The notes under the pieces are model-generated. The model was not told the DNA's origin. It did not search any database and worked only from the letters and a program-made list of their open reading frames with translations. A DNA stretch of 37,913 nucleotides, taken from NCBI GenBank assembly GCA_043800705.1, contig JAZDMS010000006.1, positions 1-37,913 on the forward strand. Direction: 5' to 3'. Positions 18,267-29,126 of the stretch are shown one piece after another. The DNA comes from Candidatus Altiarchaeota archaeon (GTDB taxonomy: Archaea > Altiarchaeota > Altiarchaeia > IMC4 > SCGC-AAA252-I15). A program made the translations under genes and the position numbers. Numbering within the stretch: position 1 is the first letter of the stretch; the number at the start of each line of letters is the position of its first letter.

Positions 18267-18540
18267 TTTGTCGTTCACTATTATGAGAATGCCTTTGATA
18301 AATGCTGCGGGATGACCGGCAGGTAACCGGAAGGATTATGTGGGCAGGGGGCATGGAAATGGGGCTTCTTTTTTTTTATCCAAAATCCCATATTATGCGT
18401 TATGGCCGGGATTGTGCGTGACATATTGTTCGGCTTCCTCATTTGGCTGGCGGCGGCGATACTGGCCTCGGCGATCTATGTCTCACTCGGAGGGCCGGCC
18501 GTGTGCGGGCTATGACTGGCGGTTTCGGGTCGGTTTGACA

Positions 18541-19722
18541 ATGGAAAACGGAAAGAATTATCTGGTGTGGATGGCGGCGACATTAATGCTGTCGGCCGCG
18601 GTGTCGGTTGCAGTATCCTCCCTCTTGTGGCATGTTTTGCCTGCGAAGACCATCGTGTACGAGCGGAACATCACCCTGATGCAGCCTATGCCGCCTGAGA
18701 AGCCTGCGGCTCTGGGAAACGAAACCGGAGCGCCGGAGTTTGAGAAGAGGCTGAAATCTGCAATCGAAACGACAAAACCATCGGTCGTCCACATAGTATC
18801 CGTCTCATATGAGAAATACCCGCTCGCAAGAGCACAGGTGACCGCATCGGGATCGGGATTCATAGCCACAACGGAAGGCGACGTCATCACCAACGCCCAT
18901 GTTCTCGGAAATTCGAAAAACGTCACGATCCTATTGTCGGACGGGGGAATATACCGCGGGACCGTGGTGGGGACGGACCAGGACACGGACCTGGCCGTCG
19001 TCAGGATAGAATCCAACCTCAGTTTCGTGCCTGTCGAATTCGCGAACTCTGACCGGACATATCTGGGGCAGTTCGTGATCGCATTGGGTTCTCCCTACAG
19101 GCTCTCCAACAGCGCCGCGTTCGGGATAGTGTCTGGCCTGAACCGGACATTCCAGGCCGAAGGGGACACGCAGGTTCAGAATGTCATACAGACGGACTCC
19201 GCGATCAATCCCGGCAACAGCGGCGGACCACTCGTCGACCTGGACGGCAATGTCATAGGCGTGAATTCCGCAGTCGTATCAAAGACCGGAGGATTCGAGG
19301 GCATAGGGCTTGCGATCCCGTCAAACCTCGCCAAGGACATAGCCTTCCAGATAATCGCATCCGGTGAAATCATCAGGCCGTGGATGGGGGTAAGCATGCG
19401 GACCATCAACAACCAGACCGCAGGCATCCTGGGACTCTTCGTCAGCAAAGGCGTAATGATGCTCGAGGTCGCCGAAGGCAGCCCCGCCGACAGATCCGGA
19501 CTGCAGGGCACCTTCGTCAAAAAAGACCTCACCGAATACGTCCCGGGGGACATCATCGTCGAGATGGACGGCGTGGAGATAGACGAAGCGGAGGACGTGA
19601 TACGGATCATAAACTCCCACAAACCCGGAGACACATCCACGATCCGATTCTACCGGGCAGATAAGCTGATGACGACCAGCATAATCGTCGGGAAAAAACC
19701 CGCAACACGCCTGTCCGGATGA
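18541..19722 (+). CDS. htrA: HtrA/DegP-family serine protease with PDZ domain
   Basis: N-terminal TM from ATG 18541. Catalytic motifs TNAHV, DLAV, IQTDSAINPGNSGGPL, then a PDZ domain with GSPA..GL..GDII. Confidence 0.95.
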   Translation: MENGKNYLVWMAATLMLSAAVSVAVSSLLWHVLPAKTIVYERNITLMQPMPPEKPAALGNETGAPEFEKRLKSAIETTKPSVVHIVSVSYEKYPLARAQVTASGSGFIATTEGDVITNAHVLGNSKNVTILLSDGGIYRGTVVGTDQDTDLAVVRIESNLSFVPVEFANSDRTYLGQFVIALGSPYRLSNSAAFGIVSGLNRTFQAEGDTQVQNVIQTDSAINPGNSGGPLVDLDGNVIGVNSAVVSKTGGFEGIGLAIPSNLAKDIAFQIIASGEIIRPWMGVSMRTINNQTAGILGLFVSKGVMMLEVAEGSPADRSGLQGTFVKKDLTEYVPGDIIVEMDGVEIDEAEDVIRIINSHKPGDTSTIRFYRADKLMTTSIIVGKKPATRLSG

Positions 19723-19825
19723 AAGGCGCCAATGGCGCAAACCTCCGGCTCTGGACCATTACGTATCGGCAGCTTCCCTCGTTGCCCGTGAACCGGGATT
19801 AATTAACCGGGTACCATATACTCTC

Positions 19826-20605
19826 ATGGCATTGAACGTCCCGGCCGCAGGCAACGACAGGCTGAAGAGGCTTCTGGACAGGGTCAACTCGGACACCGAG
19901 CTTCAGACCCTGTGGGGGGCAAGCAACATAGTAGCCATAGACCGCTGCCACATGTCCGACCACGGGCCGATCCACGTCGCAATCGTCGCGAACGCATCCC
20001 TCCTCATACTGCGGAACCTGATCCGTGCGGGCGTAGTGCCGTCGGTGGTGAAGGACCACAAACTGGCCAACGAAGACGCGGAAGTCATCGTCTTCCTGGC
20101 GGCATGCCTCCACGACGTCGACCACGTCGTCCACCGCAACTACCACAGCGAATACAGCATCCCGGTCGCGTCACCCGTCCTGAAAAGGCTCCTGGAGGGC
20201 ATATACGACCTGAAGGAGGCTACTATAATATACTCCGAGGTGCTGCACGCCATAATCGCCCACTCGACCGAAGTCAAGCCGCTGACTATCGAAGCCGGGG
20301 TAGTCCGGATATCCGACGCCCTCGACATGGCCGAAGGCAGAAGCAGGATACCCTTCTCGATCGGCGAAAAGAACATACACTCCGTCTCGGCGCAGTCGAT
20401 CAGAAACGTGAAGATAGAGTCGACGAAGGAGAAGCCCATCACGCTCAAGATCGAGATGACCAACAGCGCCGGCATCTACCAGGTCGACAACCTACTGAAG
20501 GAGAAGGTCAAGGATTCGGGGCTGGAGCAGTACGCGAAGATAACCGCGGAGATAAAGCGCCCCACCGAACAGAGGATAATCGACACATACGAAATAGAGC
20601 TGTAG
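19826..20605 (+). CDS. HD-domain metal-dependent phosphohydrolase
   Basis: DHGPIH, CLHDV, H..IAH, DALDM..GRSR. Confidence 0.9.
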   Translation: MALNVPAAGNDRLKRLLDRVNSDTELQTLWGASNIVAIDRCHMSDHGPIHVAIVANASLLILRNLIRAGVVPSVVKDHKLANEDAEVIVFLAACLHDVDHVVHRNYHSEYSIPVASPVLKRLLEGIYDLKEATIIYSEVLHAIIAHSTEVKPLTIEAGVVRISDALDMAEGRSRIPFSIGEKNIHSVSAQSIRNVKIESTKEKPITLKIEMTNSAGIYQVDNLLKEKVKDSGLEQYAKITAEIKRPTEQRIIDTYEIEL

Positions 20606-20639
20606 ATATTTTAAGACTGCCAGAACATATAATTCGACC

Positions 20640-21773
20640 ATGGACTACAAGACAGCCGTCGCCTGGGAGGAAAAATACTTCGCCAACGTGTTCTCCCGAC
20701 TGCCGGTCCTCCTTGTCAAAGGGAAAGGCAACTATGTCTACGACGACAAAGGACGGAAGTACCTCGACCTCTTCGCAGGCATAGCCGTATCCTCGGTAGG
20801 CCACGCGCACCCGAAGGTGGTGAAGGCCATCAGCGAGCAGGCGGCGAAGATAATCCACACCAGCAACTGGGTCTACTCCGAGCCGCAGCTGCATTTGGCC
20901 AAGAAGATAACCCAGCTCACGGGGATGGAAAAGGTATTCCTCACAAACGACGGCACCGGGGCCGTGGAAACGGCGTTCAAGCTCGCCCGCAAACACACGA
21001 AGAAAAAAGGCCTCATCGCAATGGAACAAGGATTCCACGGCAGGAGCATGGGAGCGCTTTCAGCCACCTGGACCGAGAAGTACCGTAAGCCGTTCGAGCC
21101 GCTCGTCCCCGGGACATGCTTCGTCAAGTACGATGACGTCGACGCCGTCCGCGCCGCGATAACGGACGACACCGCGGCGGTCATAGTTGAGCCGATACAG
21201 GGCGAGGCTGGCGTCATAGTGCCGGACAAGGACTATCTCCAGGAGGTCCGCGAACTCACTGAGGAGAAGGGTGTCCTGATGATAGTCGATGAAGTCCAGA
21301 CGGGGTTCGGCAGGACAGGCGAATGGTTCGAATTCCAGCGCTCAGGCATCAAACCCGACATCGTCTGCATGGCCAAGGGGATAGCCGGCGGCTACCCCAT
21401 GGGGGCGGTCGCATACCGCGGGATGGACTTCGAGAAGGGCCAGCAGGGCGGAACATTCAACGGAAGCCCGCTGGCATGCACCGTCGCGAACACTGTCCTC
21501 GGGATCATAGAACAGGAGAAACTCGTCAAAAACGCTGCAAAGACCGGCGCATACATAATGAAGAACCTCCCCCCCGAAGGGATACACGGCCGCGGACTCA
21601 TCATCGGAGCCGATGTCGACGACGCCCCCAAACGGGCGAAACAGATTATCTCTAATGGGGCGATCGCCATCTACAGCGGGAATACGATGCGCATCCTGCC
21701 GCCCCTAACGGTTAAAAAAGGGGAAGCTGATATGATAATACGGCTGATCGAGGCGATTAAAAATGAAAAATGA
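20640..21773 (+). CDS. argD: Acetylornithine aminotransferase (class III PLP aminotransferase)
   Basis: YLDLFAGIAV..GH.HP, FHGRS.G, EPIQGEAG, DEVQTGFGR, MAKGIAGG.P. Confidence 0.88.
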   Translation: MDYKTAVAWEEKYFANVFSRLPVLLVKGKGNYVYDDKGRKYLDLFAGIAVSSVGHAHPKVVKAISEQAAKIIHTSNWVYSEPQLHLAKKITQLTGMEKVFLTNDGTGAVETAFKLARKHTKKKGLIAMEQGFHGRSMGALSATWTEKYRKPFEPLVPGTCFVKYDDVDAVRAAITDDTAAVIVEPIQGEAGVIVPDKDYLQEVRELTEEKGVLMIVDEVQTGFGRTGEWFEFQRSGIKPDIVCMAKGIAGGYPMGAVAYRGMDFEKGQQGGTFNGSPLACTVANTVLGIIEQEKLVKNAAKTGAYIMKNLPPEGIHGRGLIIGADVDDAPKRAKQIISNGAIAIYSGNTMRILPPLTVKKGEADMIIRLIEAIKNEK

Positions 21774-21987
21774 TTACCTTGACGGGAACGTCGTAGCGGA
21801 CTTATACAAGCTCCTGCCCGGCAGGGACTGCGGAAAGAAGGGGGTAAAATCCCCATGCGGTCACGCCCTATGCGCCGAGTTCGCGGCCGCGCTGTTGAAG
21901 GGAAAAAGCAATGTCTTCGAATGCCCTTACCTGGACGACGATAAATCCCAGGCGATAGTCCTGGTAATAGAGGACTTTTTCCAATAG
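21763..21987 (+). CDS. Small Fe-S-binding protein (RnfB/AcsC N-terminal FeS domain type)
   Basis: LP..DCG......CG...C..FA..L.......CPYL. Confidence 0.8.
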   Translation: MKNDYLDGNVVADLYKLLPGRDCGKKGVKSPCGHALCAEFAAALLKGKSNVFECPYLDDDKSQAIVLVIEDFFQ

Positions 21988-22034
21988 CGGCGATTTTTAT
22001 ATGGCTGCGCATATAATAGCGGGGCGATAAAGCC

Positions 22035-22121
22035 ATGAATTCAAAAAACACAGTGCTCGTAGTTTTCGGCATAATCCTGGTGATACTGAGCCTGACATTG
22101 AACGTCCAAGCACTCTTCTGA
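22035..22121 (+). CDS. 28-aa single-TM microprotein (not in ORF track)
   Basis: MNSKNTVLVVFGIILVILSLTLNVQALF*. It fills the intergenic gap and has TATA-like ttttatat upstream. Confidence 0.55.
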   Translation: MNSKNTVLVVFGIILVILSLTLNVQALF

Positions 22122-22171
22122 GGTTTGCCACGGCAGAAGGCCTTATTAACGTCTGCTTCTTATATTAAACC

Positions 22172-22627
22172 ATGAAACTTGACGCCCTGGACAGAGAGCT
22201 TCTAAAACACCTGCAAACCAACGCAAGGCTCAGCCTCAGGGAACTTGGGCGCATGCTAAACATGCCCCATACGACCGTATTCACGCGGGTAAACCGGCTC
22301 GTGAACAGGGGTATAATAAAGAAATTCTCGGCGATACTTCACCCCCATGAGATCGGCCTAAAGCTTAACTTTCTGCTAATAGACGTCCCGGAATCCGAAT
22401 CGAAGGATCTGGCTGCAAAGATAGCGGAATGCTCTGAGGTCATGAAGGTGTTCAGGACCGACAAGGGAGGCCTCATAGTCAAGGCGATATCCCAGGACAA
22501 CGGGCCGACCTGCCTATCCAACATCATGTCGAAGCTTGAGGGGTACGACGTCACCGTCTACCCCATCGATGAAGTCGTAAAATACGACCACAAGATACAT
22601 GATGACTTCATCAATCAAATGGGGTGA
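22172..22627 (+). CDS. Lrp/AsnC family transcriptional regulator
   Basis: LD.LD..LL..LQ.NAR.S..ELG..L.....TV..RV.RL...GII. Confidence 0.93.
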   Translation: MKLDALDRELLKHLQTNARLSLRELGRMLNMPHTTVFTRVNRLVNRGIIKKFSAILHPHEIGLKLNFLLIDVPESESKDLAAKIAECSEVMKVFRTDKGGLIVKAISQDNGPTCLSNIMSKLEGYDVTVYPIDEVVKYDHKIHDDFINQMG

Positions 22628-22658
22628 GATAACCGCGCATCTGCTGATCCTATTAAAC

Positions 22659-24293
22659 TCATGCATCGGTTTTTTTCGCCTTAAGCGCCGCAGCGATGAA
22701 TCCTGAAAATAGCGGTGCCGGACATTCGAGCCTGCTTTTGAACTCCGGATGGAACTGGCAGGAGATGAAATACGGGTGGTCCGGGACCTCAGCTATCTCC
22801 ATCAGGTTCTTCTCCCTGTAGAGCCCAGAAAAGACGAGGCCTTTCCCCTCCAGCTGCGGAACGTAGGCGTTGTTCACCTCGTACCTGTGCCTGTGCCGCT
22901 CCGAGATCGTCTTCTTGCCGTAAAGCCTGTAGGCGAGGGTGTCCTTCTTCAGCTCGCAGTCGTATGCTCCAAGGCGCATCGTCCCCCCCTTCTCGGTTAT
23001 GCACTTCTGCTCCGGGATGTAGTCGATGACCGGGTACGGCGTGTTCACGTCGACTTCCGTGGTATTGGCGCCCTTCATGCCGCAGACGTTCCTCGCGAAC
23101 TCGACGACAGCAAGCTGCATGCCGTAGCAGAGGCCCAAGAAGGGCATACCATTCTCCCGGGCATACTCTATGGCGTTGATCTTCCCCTCGACTCCCGAGG
23201 AACCGAAGCCGCCGGGTATGATAAGGCCGTCGAAGGCGCACAAAACATCCTTGGCTGCGCCCTCATTCTCCAGCTTCTTCGCATCTATCCAGCTGATCTC
23301 GACGCCGGTGTCCAATGCGGCCCCGGCATGGATGAGGGATTCGTTCACCGAGATGTATGAGTCCTTGAGGCAGAAGCTGCCGATGTCGACGTACTTCCCC
23401 ACCATCGCGACCCTCACCCTGTGCTTTGGATTGACGATCCTCTCGACGAGCTTCTCCCACGTCTTCAAGCAGGGCTTCTTCAGGAGCTTCATCCTGAACT
23501 CCGACAGTATCTTATGCCCGAGGTTTTCCCGCTCCAGATCCAGGGGGATCCTGTAGATCGTGTCGGTGTCCGGCTCCGATATGACATAGTCGGAGGGTAT
23601 GTTGGCATACGTTTCGATCTTCTTTTTCCTAACGTCGTCGACCGGCTCGTTCGCCCTGCAAATGATGAAATCCGGGAAGATGCCGGATTCGGATAGCCTC
23701 CCGATCGCCTGCTGCGTGGGTTTCGTCTTCATCTCACCCATATGGGAGGGTACGGGCAGATAGCTGACCAGGATGTAGATGACGTTCTCCTTGCCGATCT
23801 CGCGCTCGATGCCCTTCATCGCGAAAAGGAACGGGAGGTTTTCGAAGTCGCCGATGGTGCCGCCGATCTCGATCAGAGCGAAATCGAAGCCCTTCGCAGC
23901 ATCCTTTACGCGCCGTTTGATCTCGTCAGGTATGTGGGGGATGAACTGCACAGTCTGCCCCAGGAATTCACCCCTTCTTTCCTTGTCTATGACGGTCTTA
24001 TAGACCTGGCCGGAGGTGATATTGTTCCTCTTCGGGACATCGATCCCAAGGAACCGCTCATAGTTTCCGAGGTCCTGGTCGATCTCTCCCCCGTCGTCGG
24101 TCACCCAGACCTCGCCGTGTTCGGTGGGCCTCAGCGTCCCGGCGTCGTAGTTCAGATACGGATCGATCTTGATCGCAGTCACCGTATATCCGTATTCCTG
24201 CAGTATCTTGCCTATCGATGCGGTCGTGACACCCTTACCTACGCCTGAAATAACCCCCCCCGTAACCACGATATATCTAGTCATATCCCGCAT
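22659..24293 (-). CDS. pyrG: CTP synthase
   Basis: VTGGVISGVGKG, KIDPYLN.D.GT..P.EHGEV, KTKPTQ, GLCYGMQ, ERHRHRYE, QFHPEF. Confidence 0.98.
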   Translation of the reverse strand: MRDMTRYIVVTGGVISGVGKGVTTASIGKILQEYGYTVTAIKIDPYLNYDAGTLRPTEHGEVWVTDDGGEIDQDLGNYERFLGIDVPKRNNITSGQVYKTVIDKERRGEFLGQTVQFIPHIPDEIKRRVKDAAKGFDFALIEIGGTIGDFENLPFLFAMKGIEREIGKENVIYILVSYLPVPSHMGEMKTKPTQQAIGRLSESGIFPDFIICRANEPVDDVRKKKIETYANIPSDYVISEPDTDTIYRIPLDLERENLGHKILSEFRMKLLKKPCLKTWEKLVERIVNPKHRVRVAMVGKYVDIGSFCLKDSYISVNESLIHAGAALDTGVEISWIDAKKLENEGAAKDVLCAFDGLIIPGGFGSSGVEGKINAIEYARENGMPFLGLCYGMQLAVVEFARNVCGMKGANTTEVDVNTPYPVIDYIPEQKCITEKGGTMRLGAYDCELKKDTLAYRLYGKKTISERHRHRYEVNNAYVPQLEGKGLVFSGLYREKNLMEIAEVPDHPYFISCQFHPEFKSRLECPAPLFSGFIAAALKAKKTDA

Positions 24294-24294
24294 C

Positions 24295-25802
24295 TCACTG
24301 GAATTGTGCCAATAATGTCAATTTTGCATCCGTCGTGACGTTCATGTTCAACCGGGTCAGTCCGGCCTCGTCGCCCGCCGTCGGCAGGTGCGTTATGTGC
24401 ATCTCGCAGTCTCTTAGCTCCTTCATCCGCGTCATCGCAGACTTGGCCATGGGGTTGGTCGCAGAGCTGACAGCAAGGGCGATAAGCGTCTCCTCGACAT
24501 TCAGGCAGGGAGTCTTCTTGTTCAATAGCTCCTTCTTCATGTGGGTGATGGTCCTGAGGACCTCTTTGCTTATAAGGTCAATCCCGTCGGGGACGCCCTC
24601 CATATGCTTGATGGCGTTCAGTATCGCAGCCGACTCGGCGTGCAACAGGTCGGAATTCTTACCCGTAATCATCGTCCCCCCAGAAAGCTCGATGGAGGCG
24701 CCGCAAAAGACATCATCATAGCCCTTGCCGGACTTCTCTGCGTCCGTTGCAGCCTTCCTTGCCGCCTCGACGACCGCCCTGTCTTCGACACTGACGCCGG
24801 CTTTCTTCATGATCCTCCCCATCTGGTCTATGGTATCCTGCGTCTCGATGCCCTCGACTTTCTCCCTCAGATACCGGAAATATCTCCGTATGATCTCCTG
24901 CTTCGCTGCCTCCTGGCATAGGGCGTCGTCGATGATACCTGATTTTGCCATGTTCACGCCCATATCCGTCGGCGACTTGTAGCCGAACGGGCTTTTCTCC
25001 CCCGTGATCCCCTGCATAAGGCTCTTGAGAATGTTATAGTTCTCCATGTCCCTGTTATAGTTTATCGCAACAATCCCATAGGCGTCCTCATGGAACTTAT
25101 CCACCATGTTGACGTCCTTCAGGTCTGCGGTTGCGGCCTCATAGGCTATGTTGATAGGGTGATTCAAGGTGAGGTTCCAGATAGGGAAGGTCTCGAACTT
25201 GGCGAAACCTGTCTTCTCCCCCTTCTTGCGCTCGTGATATATCTGGCTGAGGCAGAAAGCCATCTTCCCAGAATTCCCGCCGACTCGGTGACTATCACCA
25301 GCTTCTTCTTCGTCTCCACATGCGGCTGCTTATCGTACCCTTTGACGACCTTCTCAAGGTCGTTCGGGTAGCCCGGGATCTCGTCGTGGATGTAGACCTT
25401 CATACCGAAGTTCTCGAGCCTTTTTCTGAAAATCTGCGCAGCCTCCTGCCGGTCGTACCGCGTAATGACGACGGCGGTCACATTGAGCCCCATATCCCCG
25501 ATGTCCTGTATGTCCTTCAAAGTCTGATTGTCGTAGGTCAGGCCGAAATCCCGCCTTACACGGCCTTTTGCGATGTCTTTGGCGCTTACGCAGTATACGA
25601 TGTCTATGTCGCCCAATTTCTTCAAAAGCTCTATCTTCGAGCTCTGCCTGTACCCCGGCAGCACCCTCGCCGCGTGCATGTCATAGCAGAGCTTGCCGCC
25701 GAACTCGAGATAGAGCTTCTCGAACTTCCCGACCCTGCCGAGGATCTCGCTGGTCTGGACCTTCAGATACGTGTCCGTGTCGAACCCAGGCTTGACTATC
25801 AT
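24295..25802 (-). CDS. DUF1846 family P-loop protein, split by a single-base frameshift near 25286 (probably consensus error)
   Basis: The two ORFs join into KLYLEFGGKL..D.HA.RVLPG...VT[G]VGGNSGKMAFCLSQ.YHE...AKFETFPIWN if one G is added (ACC GA GTC to ACC GGA GTC). Confidence 0.85.
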
Positions 25803-26001
25803 GACATTACCCGCAGAACCATGACTGGAACAATACCCTCAAGGGAATCCCTTAAAGAAGCAGGAACAATGCGGCATCCGAAGACTGAAAAGACACCGCC
25901 AATGCCAACCGTCCGATTCATTACGGAATATGATATGCACCCCGGGGAATAAATACCGCCTGCGAACCTATTTATTTCAACCTGCAAGAATACTAACTGC
26001 A

Positions 26002-27153
26002 ATGGTCTCCCCTGTGATGTCGTTCGAGGACTTCATGCAGAAGCTCAGAACCGAAGTCCCGGCAGAGATTGAGCGGGAGAACGAGAAAATAAAGAGGAAG
26101 AAGGAGGACGAGCTCCCGCAGCTGTTCGAGATAAGGCCCGACATCCGGCAGCGGTCGCTTCTTCTTAACCCGAAAGAGGCCCAGACACAGCTAAAAGGAC
26201 TAATAGAGAACCAGGGCCGCGTGGAACGCTTCCTCGACGTCGTATCCGCGGTGCGCGAGGAGAAGGTCGAGATCGCGGAGGTGCAGCAGGGGCACCGCGC
26301 CGACAACAGGGACTTCATACTCAAAGGCAGGAACCCGGACACCGGACTGAACGTCCAGGACCTCCGGATACTCCTCGGCATACCCGAGCGCGCTGGAAAA
26401 GATGTCCTCAACGAAGCGACCCTCGCAGCACTCTTCTACCCCGCCATTGGCCTACACACCTACAACGTCCGGGCCAACCTGCACCCCGCAGAGGAGACCG
26501 GCCTGCCGAAGATAGCCAAAAAAAGGTGACTTATGTTCGACAAACCCTATGTCGTGATGGACCGGCTGCCTGGGACGACCCTAAACGAGCTCGCATACCT
26601 GCGACCCGAGATACTCGAAGAGAACAAGGTCACGATAGCATACCAGCTCGGGATGCACACAGCATTTAGCTACGTATTCGGCTCCAAGGACGGATTCCAG
26701 ACAAACTACCTCTTCAACCCAGTTACGAAGATACTCACGCACATAGACAAGGAAAGCTTCCTCGAACTGCCCAAAGACCCCGCAAAGACCCTGCAGGACA
26801 GCGACGGATACTCGCAGGAGATAGCCGCATGCGAGCTGACGAACCTCAAATACCTCCCCAGCTTCAGGTCACCCGAATACCGCTCCAAGCTCATCATAGC
26901 CTTCAGGCAGGGGTTCCAAGACAAATACGAAGACATCAAATACAAGAAGGAAGAACTCCTCAAAATGGTATCTGGAGCCAGGACCGCCTGGATGAAGGTA
27001 AAACCGGTCGAAGACTATATGGGCTACGAGGAGGAAACCAGACAGATGATGGCTACAGTCGGCCTACTCATAGACCAGAACCCCGATGACGTCTTCGACA
27101 GGCTCTTGAAGGCCAAGAAAGAGGCAGACACCGGAAGATACGCAAAAAACTGA
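26002..27153 (+). pseudogene. Atypical kinase (PI3/4K-HipA-like fold) interrupted by an in-frame TGA at 26527-26529
   Basis: Both ORFs are in the same frame (AGG TGA CTT ATG). FILKG and NE..LA...IGL.T lie upstream of the stop. YVVMD.LPG, FG.KDGFQTNYL and THIDKE lie downstream. Confidence 0.6.
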
Positions 27154-27218
27154 CCCGTCCTTATATTATCGGATTGCCAAATATCTAACGTGACCGTCAT
27201 GGAGCGCGAGCGTAAGCA

Positions 27219-29126
27219 ATGAAGCCTTCGAAAAACGCCGGGAAAACGGAAAAAATCCTCATTATCGCAGCGCTGCTTTTCGAATCCATCCTCCTAACAA
27301 CCGCACAGGGACTGATAGAAAACAACAACTCCCTCGGCTACAACCTAGACCCGGGCGTGAGACGAAACACCCTCGCAGAGCCCGCCGACTACGCCCTCAC
27401 CTACAACGTCCACCCCCTCACGTATCCCCACATCTATGAGGAGGGGACAGGCCGCCTCGACCTGATGCTCGTGCAGAAGCCACCGAGGATCTCAGACACG
27501 CGGACGATATTCAACTACACATATATCCGGGGAGAGGTCGCATGGGCTGCCCTGACACTGAACCTCACCGCAGCCAACGCGACCATACACTTCGACCGGA
27601 CCATCGACCTCACCAATGTCACCAACCTCACCCTCGACCAGGACATCAACCTCACCTTCAACTACGTCTACGTAAACACCACCACAATGACCGCATTCAA
27701 CAGGATCGCCACCATAACCCTCAAAAACCTCACATTCAACGCGATAAAGATACTCAAGGACGAGAGTGACTGCACGGACTGCTCCGTATTCAGCTACTCC
27801 GGCGGGCAGGCAGTCTTCCAGGTTCAGCCGACGCTGACATCCTACAGGGCGGCAGAACTCAGCGGATGGGTCCAGTGGAATACCCTCGACCTGGTATCCA
27901 ACTGGGTCGGCAGAATTACCGATAACAAAGGGCTGATACTGGTCGGAGCCGGAGAAGACAACGCCAACAGCATCAGGCAATACCACTCCTCAAACGCGAC
28001 CGACCAAGCCCTGGCTCCCAAGCTCGAAATCAACTATACATTGCCGCACATCCAGTTCGCAAGCCACCAAAGCCTTACCAACGTGTTCGACCTAGACGAC
28101 TACTTCCAGGACCTGGACTCCGACACGATGACGTTCCAGACATCGCAGGACCACCCGAACGTGCTCATAACCATCGACCCCGACCACACAGTCGACGTCG
28201 CCTCGATAGGCAACTGGTACGGCACGCAATACGCGGTATTCTCGGCATCCGACGGCCGAGGAGGAACCGCAGACAGCAACAACGTGACCATAGAGATAAC
28301 ATATTCGGCCTTGACGACCACAACCACGACGACCACAACAACAAACGCGAAACCCATAGTGCGCGGCATAACAGGCGACATGGACATCACACTCACGGCA
28401 GGCGGCAGAAGAGCCGCCAACTACACCGTCAACGTCACAGACTACAACGGATGCAGCCAGATATACGGGAGCGGATGGGTCCACGCAACGCTCTGGGACA
28501 ACAATTCCGTGAACTACGCTGACCTCGCCAGCAACAGCACGCTCTACCGGAATGACACATGCCCGATAACCTGCGTAGGGATGACCGGCACAGCAAGATG
28601 CGGATTCAACCTCTGGTATTACGCCACATCATCCGAAAACTGGGCGGTCAACTTCACCGCATACGACGGTACGGACGCCGGAAGCAACGCGACATACGGC
28701 ATAGCAGTGCAGGAACTGATCGCAGTAAACGTGAGCCTGCTCCTCAACTTCAGCTCGGCCGCAGGCGGATCCATGAACCTCGGTGAGACGACAGCAAACG
28801 ACGCGAACATATCGATAACAAACTTCGGGAACGTTCAGCAGGACGTTCTGGTGAGCGGAACCAATATGGCCTGCACATTCGGGCAGATACCCGTCGCCAA
28901 CATCAAATACCACTCGTCCCCGGGCAGCAACTACGAAACGCAGATGTGCGCCCTCACAGCCTCAAGCGACGACACATGCACGATGCTGCAGACCGACTAC
29001 AACCTGCAAAAGACGTACACCGGAGTACCGTCGATAAAATACGTCTACTGGAAGCTGAAGGCTCCGACGGGCGGAGTCGGAGGACTATGTAGCGGGAACC
29101 TGACAATCGGAGGCCTATACGGATGA
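27219..29126 (+). CDS. Large secreted multidomain protein: partial DNRLRE-like and cadherin-like domains, Thr linker, C-terminal subunit-like module (adhesin candidate)
   Basis: Signal peptide, W.....LV..W....N.GL.L...SS......PKL.I.Y, DLDDYF.D.D.D, poly-Thr. The C-terminal ~260 aa are paralogous to 31645 and 32771. No C-terminal TM. Confidence 0.75.
   Translation: MKPSKNAGKTEKILIIAALLFESILLTTAQGLIENNNSLGYNLDPGVRRNTLAEPADYALTYNVHPLTYPHIYEEGTGRLDLMLVQKPPRISDTRTIFNYTYIRGEVAWAALTLNLTAANATIHFDRTIDLTNVTNLTLDQDINLTFNYVYVNTTTMTAFNRIATITLKNLTFNAIKILKDESDCTDCSVFSYSGGQAVFQVQPTLTSYRAAELSGWVQWNTLDLVSNWVGRITDNKGLILVGAGEDNANSIRQYHSSNATDQALAPKLEINYTLPHIQFASHQSLTNVFDLDDYFQDLDSDTMTFQTSQDHPNVLITIDPDHTVDVASIGNWYGTQYAVFSASDGRGGTADSNNVTIEITYSALTTTTTTTTTTNAKPIVRGITGDMDITLTAGGRRAANYTVNVTDYNGCSQIYGSGWVHATLWDNNSVNYADLASNSTLYRNDTCPITCVGMTGTARCGFNLWYYATSSENWAVNFTAYDGTDAGSNATYGIAVQELIAVNVSLLLNFSSAAGGSMNLGETTANDANISITNFGNVQQDVLVSGTNMACTFGQIPVANIKYHSSPGSNYETQMCALTASSDDTCTMLQTDYNLQKTYTGVPSIKYVYWKLKAPTGGVGGLCSGNLTIGGLYG

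Noticed and set aside
18315-18345. SRP RNA helix-8-like caggtaaccggaagg
   Set aside because: Lacks the AGCA partner and the flanking helices.
14967-18354. Long alternative-frame ORFs (14967-16214, 17014-18354)
   Set aside because: Arg/Pro/His-rich shadows of the GC-rich AI-2E and GT-C genes.
18340-18540. N-terminal extension of HtrA
   Set aside because: Non-protein-like composition; the TM anchor begins right after ATG 18541.
26527-26529. Selenocysteine or TGA reassignment
   Set aside because: Many genes here end in TGA, the site is not catalytic, and no SECIS-like element is seen after 27153.
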